From positions 1,728,001-1,792,000 of the forward strand of contig OZ252244.1 in NCBI GenBank assembly GCA_965249575.1: DNA of 64,000 nt, written 5' to 3'. The notes below the pieces were generated by a model. That model was not told where the DNA came from. It worked only from the letters and a program-made list of their open reading frames with translations, and made no database searches. This document shows positions 51,395 to 60,997 of this stretch, one piece after another; within the stretch, counting starts at the first letter, position 1, and each line of letters begins with the position of its first letter. Both the position numbers and the translations under genes were made by a program. The DNA is from Gemmatimonadales bacterium (GTDB lineage: Bacteria; Gemmatimonadota; Gemmatimonadetes; Gemmatimonadales; GWC2-71-9).

Positions 51395-52687
51395 CTAGCC
51401 GGCAGCGAAGCTACTACGTGGGGCGTACTGTATCTCTGGGATCTTGGCGACGTGTCGGCGCGCCCAAGATCCCTCAAGTTGGGTCGAGAACTCATACGGT
51501 GATCCACCATCAGCGACTGTGGATCTCGGAACGAATGCTGATAGATCCTCACAGAAGACCACGTCAAGCCAAGCATCGGCATTAGACTCGAAGAACAGGT
51601 TGTTCAGTTCCTCGTCTTGCTTCAGGATGGGCCGAAACGCCGGGGTCGGAAGCCACACTTCCTGCTCGAATCTTGCCCGACGCAAATACTGGCCGAAAAA
51701 GGCTGGGTCCAAGCCAAACGGCGGGGCGCGTACATCGATCACGTTGTTCCAGGCGTCGATGTCAGTCGCATCTTCTCCCAGCAGGAATGGCATTCGCATC
51801 AAGAGATGAGGTACGTCAACTAGAATCTCCTGAGGACCAACGACATCTCGCCGAAACCAGAAATCAATTCGGGCGGCCAGAACTCGTGCGATGATCTCGT
51901 GTGCACCCTCATCGCCTTCATCTGCTCGTCCCAGCAGCGCCTGACGATCGGCCTCCGCAGACAGGGTGCGCGTGTCCTTGGAGAAGACCTCCTTGAAGGC
52001 GAGCTCCTGTAGTGGCGTTCCGTCTATGCCATCGACGGCGGTGAGGGGGGACAAGGCGCCGGCAGCGTGAAGCGAGAAGTAGGTCAGAGTGTCCTCGTCC
52101 AACGAAAACCCGGTTGCCTCGACGACCCTTGCGTCCAATCGGTTGCGGACAGCAGCTATCTGTTCGCGTCTCCGCGCCGCCGCCCTTTCGAGCTCTGGCC
52201 AATACCATGGTGCAAAGCCACGTTTGCCATGGTGGCGATTACGGGTCCACAATGCGCGATTGGACAGGTGCCTCGTGTTCACGGCACAATCCGCCCTACT
52301 TGCGACATCGCCGAGGAGGTAGAGGAGGTCAAAGTCAACATCAGCGTTCTTGTTGAGTGAGACGATGTAACCGACGTCAGTGAAAGCGCGCACGAAGCCG
52401 ACAACGCCCTCCGCGGTGTGACGAGCGCCCTTTATATCGAGGTGAGAGAGGTTGTTGTCGAAAAGCGCAACATCAAATCCGTCGAAAGGGAGGTCAGATG
52501 AATTACTTACGTCCCTGTCCTTCTCAAGACACACCTTCACTCTGTCGAAAAGGCCTTCGAGACCGGCCGCTAGGTTGTCACCGAACAGCGGGGTGATCCC
52601 GAGATTGGCAACACCGCTCTCGTCAAGTTCTTCGAGCACTTCGCGTCCCCTCTCCCCAATATCATCGCAAACCAGTACCTTCATCAT
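51395..52687 (-). CDS. Response-regulator receiver-domain protein with uncharacterised C-terminus
   Basis: KVLVCDD...FDVALFDNNL; directly follows the kinase. Confidence 0.75.
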   Translation of the reverse strand: MMKVLVCDDIGERGREVLEELDESGVANLGITPLFGDNLAAGLEGLFDRVKVCLEKDRDVSNSSDLPFDGFDVALFDNNLSHLDIKGARHTAEGVVGFVRAFTDVGYIVSLNKNADVDFDLLYLLGDVASRADCAVNTRHLSNRALWTRNRHHGKRGFAPWYWPELERAAARRREQIAAVRNRLDARVVEATGFSLDEDTLTYFSLHAAGALSPLTAVDGIDGTPLQELAFKEVFSKDTRTLSAEADRQALLGRADEGDEGAHEIIARVLAARIDFWFRRDVVGPQEILVDVPHLLMRMPFLLGEDATDIDAWNNVIDVRAPPFGLDPAFFGQYLRRARFEQEVWLPTPAFRPILKQDEELNNLFFESNADAWLDVVFCEDLSAFVPRSTVADGGSPYEFSTQLEGSWARRHVAKIPEIQYAPRSSFAAG

Positions 52688-52689
52688 CC

Positions 52690-54916
52690 TCAGCCTTTCC
52701 ATGACATCTCAAGAGTCGTCGCAAACTCGGGGCGCGGTTGGACGAACGCGACCTTCGCACCGCGACGGCTGGCTATCATGCGGACAATAGCAAGCCCGAG
52801 CCCTTGCCCTCCGATGGCGATCGAGCGGTTGTCATCGCTGATTTCCAATCGACGTTCGAACGGTTCGAACAACTTCGCTGATTCTGCGATCGGTATGTTG
52901 AGTCCCTGACCGGTGTCGCTTATTTGAAGCCATTCCCGTCGCCCGGCATCAAACGCGATCGTCGCGCGGTCGCTATCGAGCATGGCGTTCCATGAATTGG
53001 ACATAACGTTTTGCAACAACGCACTCCACTCGGCAAACGAACCCACCGGAAAATAGAGACCCCGTTGAATACCAGAGAAGTCGTACTCAACGTTCGGCAT
53101 CAGAACACGCATCGCGTCTGCGACCTGCTCGACGACGGCGAGCACCTTGAGTCGATCGGTGGCTTCGGTGTCCACCTCCGAGAGCAGCGGCGCGAAAAGC
53201 TCCTGTAAAGCACTGAGTCTTCCGCGAGCGGCGTCAAACGACTTGGCGAGATCCCTCACGTCCGGTAACCGGTGTTTCGTGGCGATGCGTCGGAGACTTT
53301 TTGCCATCTGTTTGAGCACACGACTCTCTCTCAGGAGTTCGTGGGAGAGGGCCAACGCCACCATTCCGGCTGAGGCCAACGGCGCTAGAAGTACGGCACG
53401 TTGGTCCAGCGCCTCTTCCTCCAGTACAGACGCCTTTCGAGCGTCAACGGCCTCACGCTTGATCGCCCGAAAAATTGGCGCAGGTATGTCTGCTCTGTGA
53501 CGGTCCAGCGCTTCAACGACGCGATCATGCTTCCCTGAGGCAGGCTCCTTCGCGCGACGTTTGTCGGTGGCCTGCACAGCGCGTAGACGGTGGCGGTTTG
53601 CATAGAAATCGAGGGACAAGCGAACAAGATCACGAAGTTGCGCGAAAGCGTCATTGTCATGAAGACGATCGCGACCTGGTTGAATCTGTAGCCAGTCCCC
53701 GACTTTGGCTTTCTCGCTGTGTGCTACCTCCCGCTCGTGGTTGGTGTTGATGTCCACGGCGCCGAAGATGCGGCCCGGCGCCGGCAGGTCCTGCGTGTAT
53801 TTGTTCTGAGTACGAAGGCGTGGCGGTAATAGCTCCGACACGTTCAGGCGGCGTCCCTGATCTTGCGCAATCGAGAGCCAATCCTGGCCAGTTACATCCC
53901 GTCCCGAACCGTAGTACGGGAGTCTAAAGCCGGCGTCGTAGACGGAGACGTTGCCAAACCGGGCGAGGTAGTCGCGCAACTCACCGACGGGGATCCGTCC
54001 CGGTTGCACCCCTTCCGGTTTGTAGATCAGGATCTCAAAGCCTGCCTGATCGATTAGCGGTATTCGACCACCATCGGTAGGCCGGATTGGAATGGGGACG
54101 GTCTGTCGGAACGAGGCGGGCTTCTCCGCGTGCTCTGGGTAGCCACTCTTGAACTCGACCACTACAGTAGCCGTGCCTCCGCTACGGCCACTCTCGAGAA
54201 CGCCCCGTATTCGTGCCCTCCAATTGGAGAAGAGAGCACGGCGGACTTTGTCGAACGCTTCGGTACCGCTCTCTATTGATGGGGCGGCAACTTCAATGCT
54301 AAACTCCTCGGCTCTTCTGCTGGCGGTAGTCGCGGGCGGCGCCTTGAAGGGAGATCTGAACGTCCAGACTTCGCGACCCAGTCCCTCAAGCGCATCGGCG
54401 TCCCACTTGCTCTTTAGCTTCGTAAGGGTTATCCGTGTGCCGGTTGCGTGGTTGTTGGGGTACTCGGGGACGTCGGATCTTTCCTGCCAAAGAAGCTCGA
54501 CTTCATTTAGGTTCCTTCCCCTGACGATCGTGCTCCAGTCCACCACGACGTACAAGCATTTCCCGGGTCGGTCGGCTGACGTTGTCTCCAGAATCATCTC
54601 GTCGGCCAAAAACTGCACCGACAGGCGTCCAATCCCCTTGGAGCCTGTGAACGCGCGCCCATTGGCAGATACGCGGGCATCCACTTTGTGCGTTGTCCCG
54701 AGGCGCATCCAATGGGTGAAAAAAGTTCTCAGACATCCCGATTCCGTCATCGGTGACCACGATGGAGTCGTCACCGAATTCGATCCGGCACGTGGCAGCG
54801 TCGGCGTCGTATGAGTTCTTCACGAGTTCTGCCAACGCGATCGGTGCCCGCCCAATGAGTCGTTCGCCGAGTTCCTCAAGCAGTGCAGCGTCTACGGCGA
54901 AGGTTTCTCTGTTCAC
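52690..54916 (-). CDS. MORC/GHKL ATPase-histidine kinase fusion, frameshifted near 54720
   Basis: N-terminal ELVKNSYDADA, DDGIGMS and GSKGIGR; C-terminal SHEL, NVMSNS, DTGQG, FEPF and GQGLGL; frame break at A6 54719-54724. Confidence 0.85.
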
Positions 54917-54978
54917 AATGAGAGCCGAAGGGCCGACTTGACTATGTGGTACGAGCGTGTGTAATCACCTTGGCGCCG

Positions 54979-55407
54979 ATGTCTGAAAAGGATTCCATAA
55001 TTGACGTCGACCCGGCAAGGTCGGTTTTGATGCGGCGAGTCAAGGGCAAGGACTCCGCGCCCGAGATGTCCGTTCGCCGCGTCGCCCACGCTCTCGGCTA
55101 TCGGTTCAGGCTTCATCGTCGGGACCTACCAGGCACTCCGGACCTCGTCTTCCCGAGACTCCAAAAGGTTATTCTCGTTCATGGCTGCTTTTGGCACCGT
55201 CACAGAGGTTGCAGTCGGACCACGACTCCGAAGACGCGCACCGGGTTCTGGGAAGCGAAGTTCACACAGAACATCCGAAGAGACAAGCGAGTGGTCAGAA
55301 GACTCCGAGATATTGGCTGGGAGATCCTGATCATCTGGGAATGTCAGACGGCCGATCCTGCGAAGTTGTCGCGTCGACTCGAGAGATTCCTAGGGAAGGG
55401 CGCTTGA
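54979..55407 (+). CDS. vsr: Very-short-patch repair endonuclease
   Basis: RS.LM.RVKGKD..PE, LPGTPDL, HGCFWH.H and WEC motifs. Confidence 0.95.
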   Translation: MSEKDSIIDVDPARSVLMRRVKGKDSAPEMSVRRVAHALGYRFRLHRRDLPGTPDLVFPRLQKVILVHGCFWHRHRGCSRTTTPKTRTGFWEAKFTQNIRRDKRVVRRLRDIGWEILIIWECQTADPAKLSRRLERFLGKGA

Positions 55408-55516
55408 GGCTTGGGTGTCTCTACCTGCCGCTCTTGAAGGAATCCTGGAAGAGGTCCGTGACACCCGGAGAAAGCTGACGATCTCGCTATGGTTCATCGA
55501 CTCCTCACACCCTTCT

Positions 55517-56235
55517 CTAAACCGCTAGCGCAACCGCCGCTTCTTTGCGACCGCGCAGCACGCTCAAACGCTCCCACTCACCCGGTCTCGCTTCGAATCT
55601 CCACCAACTCCAACCGTTTACTGAACGTCGTATGACGACCTTCGCGGCACCGGAGGGCGTAGCAAAAACTCTGCCCCGAAAGACGATATTGCCGTCCGGG
55701 CGCACGGTGGCTTTGTGGAGCTTCCCCTTGTACTTCATGCGGATCGGTGTACGCGACTTGAAGAGGCCAGCAAGCGCTGGTTCCTTCCCTAGGTCCTTCG
55801 AACCTCGGCGAGATCGGGATGGAGAACCAAATAGCGCCGCTAGCTCCTTCTTCTGCGCGTCGCTTATCCGTCGTTTGAAGTACCGCCGCAGGTCCTGGGA
55901 CTTGGAGAACTTCGTCTTAGACTTGTTCCCCTTCGGCATTGTGATACGAAGAGCTAGTGCCTCCAGCTCCCGCAGGTGGCCCCCCCCTCCGTTAGATACA
56001 TGCTGAAGTGATCCCAGACTCCAGCGTGCCGGTCTCGCAGGTGGGCCTTCAGGCGGGATCGGAGATTGGACGCCAGGCCCACATAGTAGAGCGTAGATCC
56101 GCGGTATAGGGCGTACACGCCATGTTTACCCTTGACGTACTCACGAACCACCTCGGGATGCTGCTCAAGGATTCGCCGCGGAAGGCGCTCAACGTGCTGG
56201 ACCACCAGGTGGGGGCTCTTCTTGGGCACGCTCAC
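55517..56235 (-). CDS. GIY-YIG nuclease fused to a RAMA-like domain, frameshifted at C8 (55980-55987)
   Basis: GVYALY...YYVGLA..L.SRL..H; the second frame gives HLRELEALALRI..P.GN, then F.TPSGAA...NGWSWW. Confidence 0.72.
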
Positions 56236-56269
56236 TCCCGGTCAAGCGAAACCTGGTGGCCGCAAGGGC

Positions 56270-56629
56270 CTAGGTGGAGGGTCGCTCCGAGCGGCCACGG
56301 CTCGACTCGACGGGGTAATTCTTCCGGTTCACCTCGATCTTCTCGCTAATGGCCGCGAGCAAGTCGAATCCCACCCTATCACTGAAAAGCAGAAGGGCGA
56401 TGCCAATGTCCGCGGCCTCAGCCGCGACTCGGCCACGATTGCCGTCCTCGTGAGACCAAGAATCAGCTGCGCTTCCCGTCAACCATCGATACTCCGCGAG
56501 TAGCTCGCCCGCCTCGGAGGCTATCGCCATGGCCAGGTTCTTCGGGTCGTGGAACTGCTCCCAGTCGCGCTCGGCTGCAAAGGCGCGGAGTTCTCCCAGT
56601 ACGCCCTCGAGAGTTGCCATACGCTTCAT
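56270..56629 (-). CDS. MazG-like nucleotide pyrophosphohydrolase
   Basis: ERDWEQFHDPKNLAMAIASEAGEL, EAADI and KI..N..NYP motifs; ATGA-coupled to the upstream gene. Confidence 0.9.
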   Translation of the reverse strand: MKRMATLEGVLGELRAFAAERDWEQFHDPKNLAMAIASEAGELLAEYRWLTGSAADSWSHEDGNRGRVAAEAADIGIALLLFSDRVGFDLLAAISEKIEVNRKNYPVESSRGRSERPST

Positions 56630-57666
56630 ATCCCTCGCAGAGCCTTCATTCTTTGAATCAGCGGAAGATCGCCTTCCGTCAGTCGACTGAGCCAAAGCTC
56701 ACCTCTGAAGTTGTCATCCTGGGAAAGGCCGACCCGCCGGTCAAATAGCGCGTAGTAGTCGCCATTCGTGATCACAACGTACCGGGCGCCCACCTCGAAT
56801 GCGTAACCGAAGGCCTGACAAAGGACCTGCTTGTTCTCTCGCGTCAACCCCCAGCCCCTCTTGACCTCGACGACAGCGACTATACCTCCCTCCCGCTCGA
56901 GGGTGATGTCAACTCGTCCCTGTCGGTGCTTGATCTCGTCAAATGGCCGATATCCCAGAAGCTGGAAGAACTTCTCGACCAGGGATTCGTGCGCACGCTC
57001 TTTGTGCTCGGGATCTTGGACTAATCACTGCACGTCGGCCAGCAAGGGTAGCAACCACGCCGGGCGTAGTGCAGGCACCGTGTCCTCACGCACGTCTGAA
57101 CGCCTCGGCCTTGGCCGATCCCGCACAGCTCGGCGTTTCAGGACCGGCTCCGTCTGCCCGGAAACGTACTTCAAGAAGTCGTCAATCGACCCATGCTCCC
57201 GGTGTAGTCTCCTCATCGCCTCGGTTCTCACACGTCTAGCGCCAGACAAGTTGTCGTTTACCGAGTATCCGATCTCGGTGAGAAGTCGCGTCTTGTCGAA
57301 CTCGACGTCGGTCACGTCGCGAAGGAAATAGATCAGTTCCCAGGGTTTCCCTGGCACGTAGGGCCACGGCAGCCGTTGGCCCAAGGCGCGCGATTCCACT
57401 TTGTAGGCCACCTGTCCTCGGTATTTGAACCGTCCGGTTCCCGTGATTGCAACCAGGACCTCGTCACCATCTTTCATGCTGTCGAAAACTGCCCGCATAT
57501 TCCTGCTCACAGCCCAACAACGGGCGTAATCCTGATCTCCAACGCGCGCGCTCAACTCGGCAACCTGTCGCTCGGACAGCGTCTCCTCAATCACGCGGAA
57601 CGAAACGCCGGGAGTGAGCGTCCGTGCATTCTCTTGGGATCCGGGGATGAGGAAAAGGTTCCTCAA
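56626..57666 (-). pseudogene. PUA/EVE-like domain plus HsdR_N-type PD-(D/E)xK nuclease with one in-frame TGA (57025-57027)
   Basis: Reading through the stop gives RVDI...VVEVKR...Q.FGYA...YVVITNG, in frame with the 56626..56847 ORF. Confidence 0.75.
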
Positions 57667-58037
57667 GTCCTCCGCCGATCATTATGAGATGTTCTGCCAT
57701 CCATAATGGTCCCGCTACACGACCTCCACCAGGGCATTCCTGGGACACGAACCCACGTTCTCGGGACAAGACCGACCGGTCGAATCCCTAGTGCAATCGC
57801 CGTCTTTTGCTCCTCGAATGCTGGAGAGAGACCGACGCGGTCCCGTGCACCGTTGTCTGCGAGTTGGCTGTGCGCTATCCCCCTTGATGTCCACAGATTG
57901 TCCACGGGTAGCGCCAGATGGACACTCAGGCGGACGTCGAGGCAGACAAGGCGCTCCGACCCTCGTAACCCGCGTCGGGATACGCCCCGGAGCGTAGCAC
58001 GGCGGGTCACCAGCCACGCCGGGTGCTTCTAGAGCAG

Positions 58038-58154
58038 CATTCCATCGGAAACTCCATAGAACATTCCATTGACACTCCATTGAACACTCCAGGGACAGTC
58101 CGGAGTAACTCAGGGGAAAACTCAGAAGAAAACTCAGGGCGTAACTCAAGGGAG
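58038..58154. repeat. Two short arrays of ~12-bp degenerate repeats
   Basis: About 5 x MA(C/T)TCCA-based units, then 4 x WAACTCA-based units. Confidence 0.7.
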
Positions 58155-58260
58155 GGGATCGCCGAGGACGGCACCGTCCGCCTCGTATCCACAAGCCGTC
58201 TGTCCCGGCCGAGGGGTGCCACTTGACCTGAAGGCTTATCGCTGTTAGCGTCGCCATAAC

Positions 58261-58551
58261 ATGGGACGAGCCCGCCCCGACTTGATCAGGTGCTTTTGGG
58301 ACAACCCGCCCGGTCCGGCGCAGGGGCTCACGCTCGTCAAGCAAGCGCGCGGGCGGGAGTACGAAACCCGAGTAGGGCCGCGCGGCTCGCTCACGCAGAT
58401 CGAAACGGCGGCCGCGCTGGGAGTGAGCGTCATGACGGTCAACCGCTACGTTCGCTCGGGCATTCTCAGGAGCCACACGGAGGACGGAGTGTCGGTGATT
58501 CGGCTGAGCGAGATCAAGCGCTTTCTCGAGGCCAGGCGGCGAGGCGGGTAG
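58261..58551 (+). CDS. HTH DNA-binding protein, excisionase-like
   Basis: LTQIETAAALGVSVMTVNRYVRSGIL. Confidence 0.72.
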   Translation: MGRARPDLIRCFWDNPPGPAQGLTLVKQARGREYETRVGPRGSLTQIETAAALGVSVMTVNRYVRSGILRSHTEDGVSVIRLSEIKRFLEARRRGG

Positions 58552-58552
58552 C

Positions 58553-59014
58553 GTGTCTCTCCGACCCGTTGTCACCGGCTCAACTCCCCAAGCCGCGCCA
58601 AATCGCGCGGCTTCGGCCTTTGGGCATGGTAGCGCAAGAGCCCTCGACTGCACGCTCAAAGACATACGGGCCGAAGCCGAGAGGCAGCGAGAGGCGTTCG
58701 GCAACGAGCCCGCCGCCCGCACGCTCGAGTGGGCCGCCGACCAAGTCGAGTCCGCCGTTCAACGTGACGGAAGCGAAGTGTTGACGCTCGCTGAGGCCTC
58801 CGTCCGATCGGGATACTCCGAGGAGCACCTCGCCCGGATGGTCCGCACGGGGCGAATCCCCGACCTCCGCCCGGAAGGCTCGAGGGCCAGGATCCGGATT
58901 CGCGTGGCCGACCTCCCGATCAAGCCCGATCACGGCCATATTCCCGATGCGGACGCACACGAGCTCGCCAGCCGCCTCTTCGGAGGCAAGGAGGGCCGGA
59001 ATGGCCACCCCTGA
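58553..59014 (+). CDS. HTH/excisionase-like protein
   Basis: LTLAEASVRSGYSEEHLARMVRTGRIP; overlaps the integrase start. Confidence 0.68.
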   Translation: MSLRPVVTGSTPQAAPNRAASAFGHGSARALDCTLKDIRAEAERQREAFGNEPAARTLEWAADQVESAVQRDGSEVLTLAEASVRSGYSEEHLARMVRTGRIPDLRPEGSRARIRIRVADLPIKPDHGHIPDADAHELASRLFGGKEGRNGHP

Positions 59015-59937
59015 ACGCTGGTCGAGAACCGTGGGCGCCCGACGTGGGCCGCGGGCCAAGATATACGAGCGCACCCCGGGCGGCGTGCTGTACATCGCCG
59101 TCCAGGGGCCCGGCACGAAGGAATCCCGGAGCAGCCTCGGACACCGGGACCGGGTGAAGGCGATGCGCGAGGCGGAAGCGGTGCTCAAACTCTTGAAGAA
59201 AGAGAAGGCGCCGTCACTCCGCCGTACCGGAGCGCTCACGTTGGGCGATCTGTTCAGGCGGTACGTCACCGATGGCAAGTATCTGCCTGACGGCTCTTTG
59301 AAAACCGAACCGTACCTGAAGCACTGTGCCAAGACCGGCCGGAACCTCGCCGCTTTCTTCGGCGAGGATCTCGAGATCAGCCGGCTCACGCCCGACCGGG
59401 TCGCCAAGTACGTGAGGGCTCGGCGGGTGGGCGACATCACCGGACGCGCCGTAGGCACCAACTGCATCAAGCAGGAGCTTAGGATCTTGAAGGCAGCGCT
59501 CAACTGGGCGTGCGGGGTCCACGTGCGGGGAAAGCTCCTCCTGGAGCGAAACCCGCTCGAGAAGCTCAAGGTGCCGCAGGAGAACGATCCCAAGCGGCCG
59601 ATGATCGAAGCCAAAACGGTGGACGCGTTGCTGCGCATCGCTCCGTCGGTCCATCCGTTCCTGCCAGCTTTGATCACGCTGGCCAGCACGACCGGCCGGC
59701 GCCTGAGCAGCATCCTCGGGCTCAGGTGGGACGACTTCGACTTCGGAGCGGAAGCACCTCCCGCCGAAGGACGTAGCGGCGGCCGGAGGCTGGAGCGACA
59801 TCAACACGCTACTCGATGTCTACCAACAGGTTGATGAAGAGACGCTTCGCGAGGTGGTCGACTACGAGAAGCCGCGCCGGCACGCCAAGTGGAAAGGCGG
59901 TGTGCGCAAAAGTGTGCGGAAATCGCTGCTCAAGTGA
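59001..59937 (+). pseudogene. Tyrosine integrase with internal deletion and frameshift
   Basis: TGRRLSSILGLRWDDFD is followed, in another frame from 59746, by ERKHLPPKDVAAAGGWSDINTLLDVYQQ; no HxxR segment. Confidence 0.82.
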
Positions 59938-59996
59938 GCGAAATCGACTCCTGACGCACAAACGCGACCGTGGTTAACTCCCAGTCGCGCTTGCAG

Positions 59997-60069
59997 TTGC
60001 CCCTCCTGGGCTCGAACCAGGACTCTCCTGATCCAGAGTCAGGCGTGTTGCCAGTTACACCAAGGGGCA
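59997..60069 (-). tRNA. tRNA-Gln (CTG)
   Basis: Cloverleaf; anticodon arm CCTGA-CTCTGGA-TCAGG; GTTCGA T-loop; CCA not encoded. Confidence 0.96.
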
Positions 60070-60078
60070 GAAGGGCAG

Positions 60079-60151
60079 TGGAGCTGAGGGGGCTCGAACC
60101 CCTGACCTCCTGGGTGCGATCCAGGCGCTCTCCCAGCTGAGCTACAGCCCC
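60079..60151 (-). tRNA. tRNA-Ala (CGC)
   Basis: GGGGCTGTAGCTCAG start; anticodon arm CCTGG-ATCGCAC-CCAGG; GGTTCGAG T-arm. Confidence 0.96.
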
Positions 60152-60286
60152 CCATTCGAGGGTTGGAAACGTAGGTACGGCCGGAGCTTCGGGCAAGAGT
60201 GGGCGACCTCTTACGGCATCCCTAACCCCTGGTGGTGTGGAGGATGGGCGGGCCCTGCCTCCTGGAAAGTGTAGGTGCGGTGCGGC

Positions 60287-60971
60287 CTACCCCGCCCGCG
60301 CCGCCTCCCAACCCAGAATCGCGCGCTTTCGCTCCGGCCCCCAGTGATAACCACCGAAGCTGCCGGATTCGCGGAGCACCCGGTGACAGGGAATGAGATA
60401 CGCGATCGGGTTCCGGCCGACTGCAGTCCCCACCGCCCGGGCTGCCGTGGGGCGGTCGATTGCCTCGGCGATTGCGCCGTACGAGGTGGCGGCGCCCTCC
60501 GGGATCTGAAGCAGCGCCTGCCACACCTGCAGCTGGAAGTTCGTGCCCTTCAAGAACAACGTGATCGGCTTGGCGCTTCCCTCCGCCTCGCCGAACAAGC
60601 GGCTCGCGAGGTCGGCGATACCGCGATCGTCCTCCTCGAATTGCGCGCGGGGCCAATCACGCTCGAGACGCTGGAGCGGTGCCCGCCGGTCGCCGTCCAC
60701 CACGAACTCGAGCCCGCACACACCGCGGTCGGTCGTTGCAATCATGCATTCGCCAAACGGGCTCGGCGCAAAGCCGTGCCGTATGACCAGATCCCGGCCC
60801 AGTTCCTTGTACTCACCCGGCGTCACCGCCTCGACGTTGACGAAGAGATCGTGCAACCGCCCTGGGCCCGACAGCCCGGCCTCGTACGCCGTCGCGAGGA
60901 CCGAGAGCCCACGCCGCAACGCCTGCTTGGCGTGCGTGACGGTGAGAAACTGGAGAAAACGCTTCGGGCTC
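60287..60971 (-). pseudogene. ada: AraC-HTH/methylated-DNA-cysteine methyltransferase (Ada-like), 5'-truncated
   Basis: IPCHRV active site and KGTNFQ motif; homology begins abruptly at SPKRFLQFLT with no plausible start codon. Confidence 0.72.
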
Positions 60972-60997
60972 AGGAGTAAGGCGGCCGCCTTACTCCT
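60972..60997. repeat. Perfect 26-bp palindrome AGGAGTAAGGCGGCCGCCTTACTCCT
   Basis: Read directly; contains the rnz stop codon. Confidence 0.9.

Larger units (their letters stand above)
45730..60037. mobile_element. Genomic (defence) island of ~14.3 kb integrated in tRNA-Gln
   Basis: att direct repeats; integrase next to the tRNA; excisionase-like genes; RM-type cargo; visibly lower GC (not computed). Confidence 0.88.

Noticed and set aside
57025..57027. Selenocysteine or recoded TGA
   Set aside because: Lies in a non-catalytic helix, no evident SECIS, and TGA is a normal stop in other genes here
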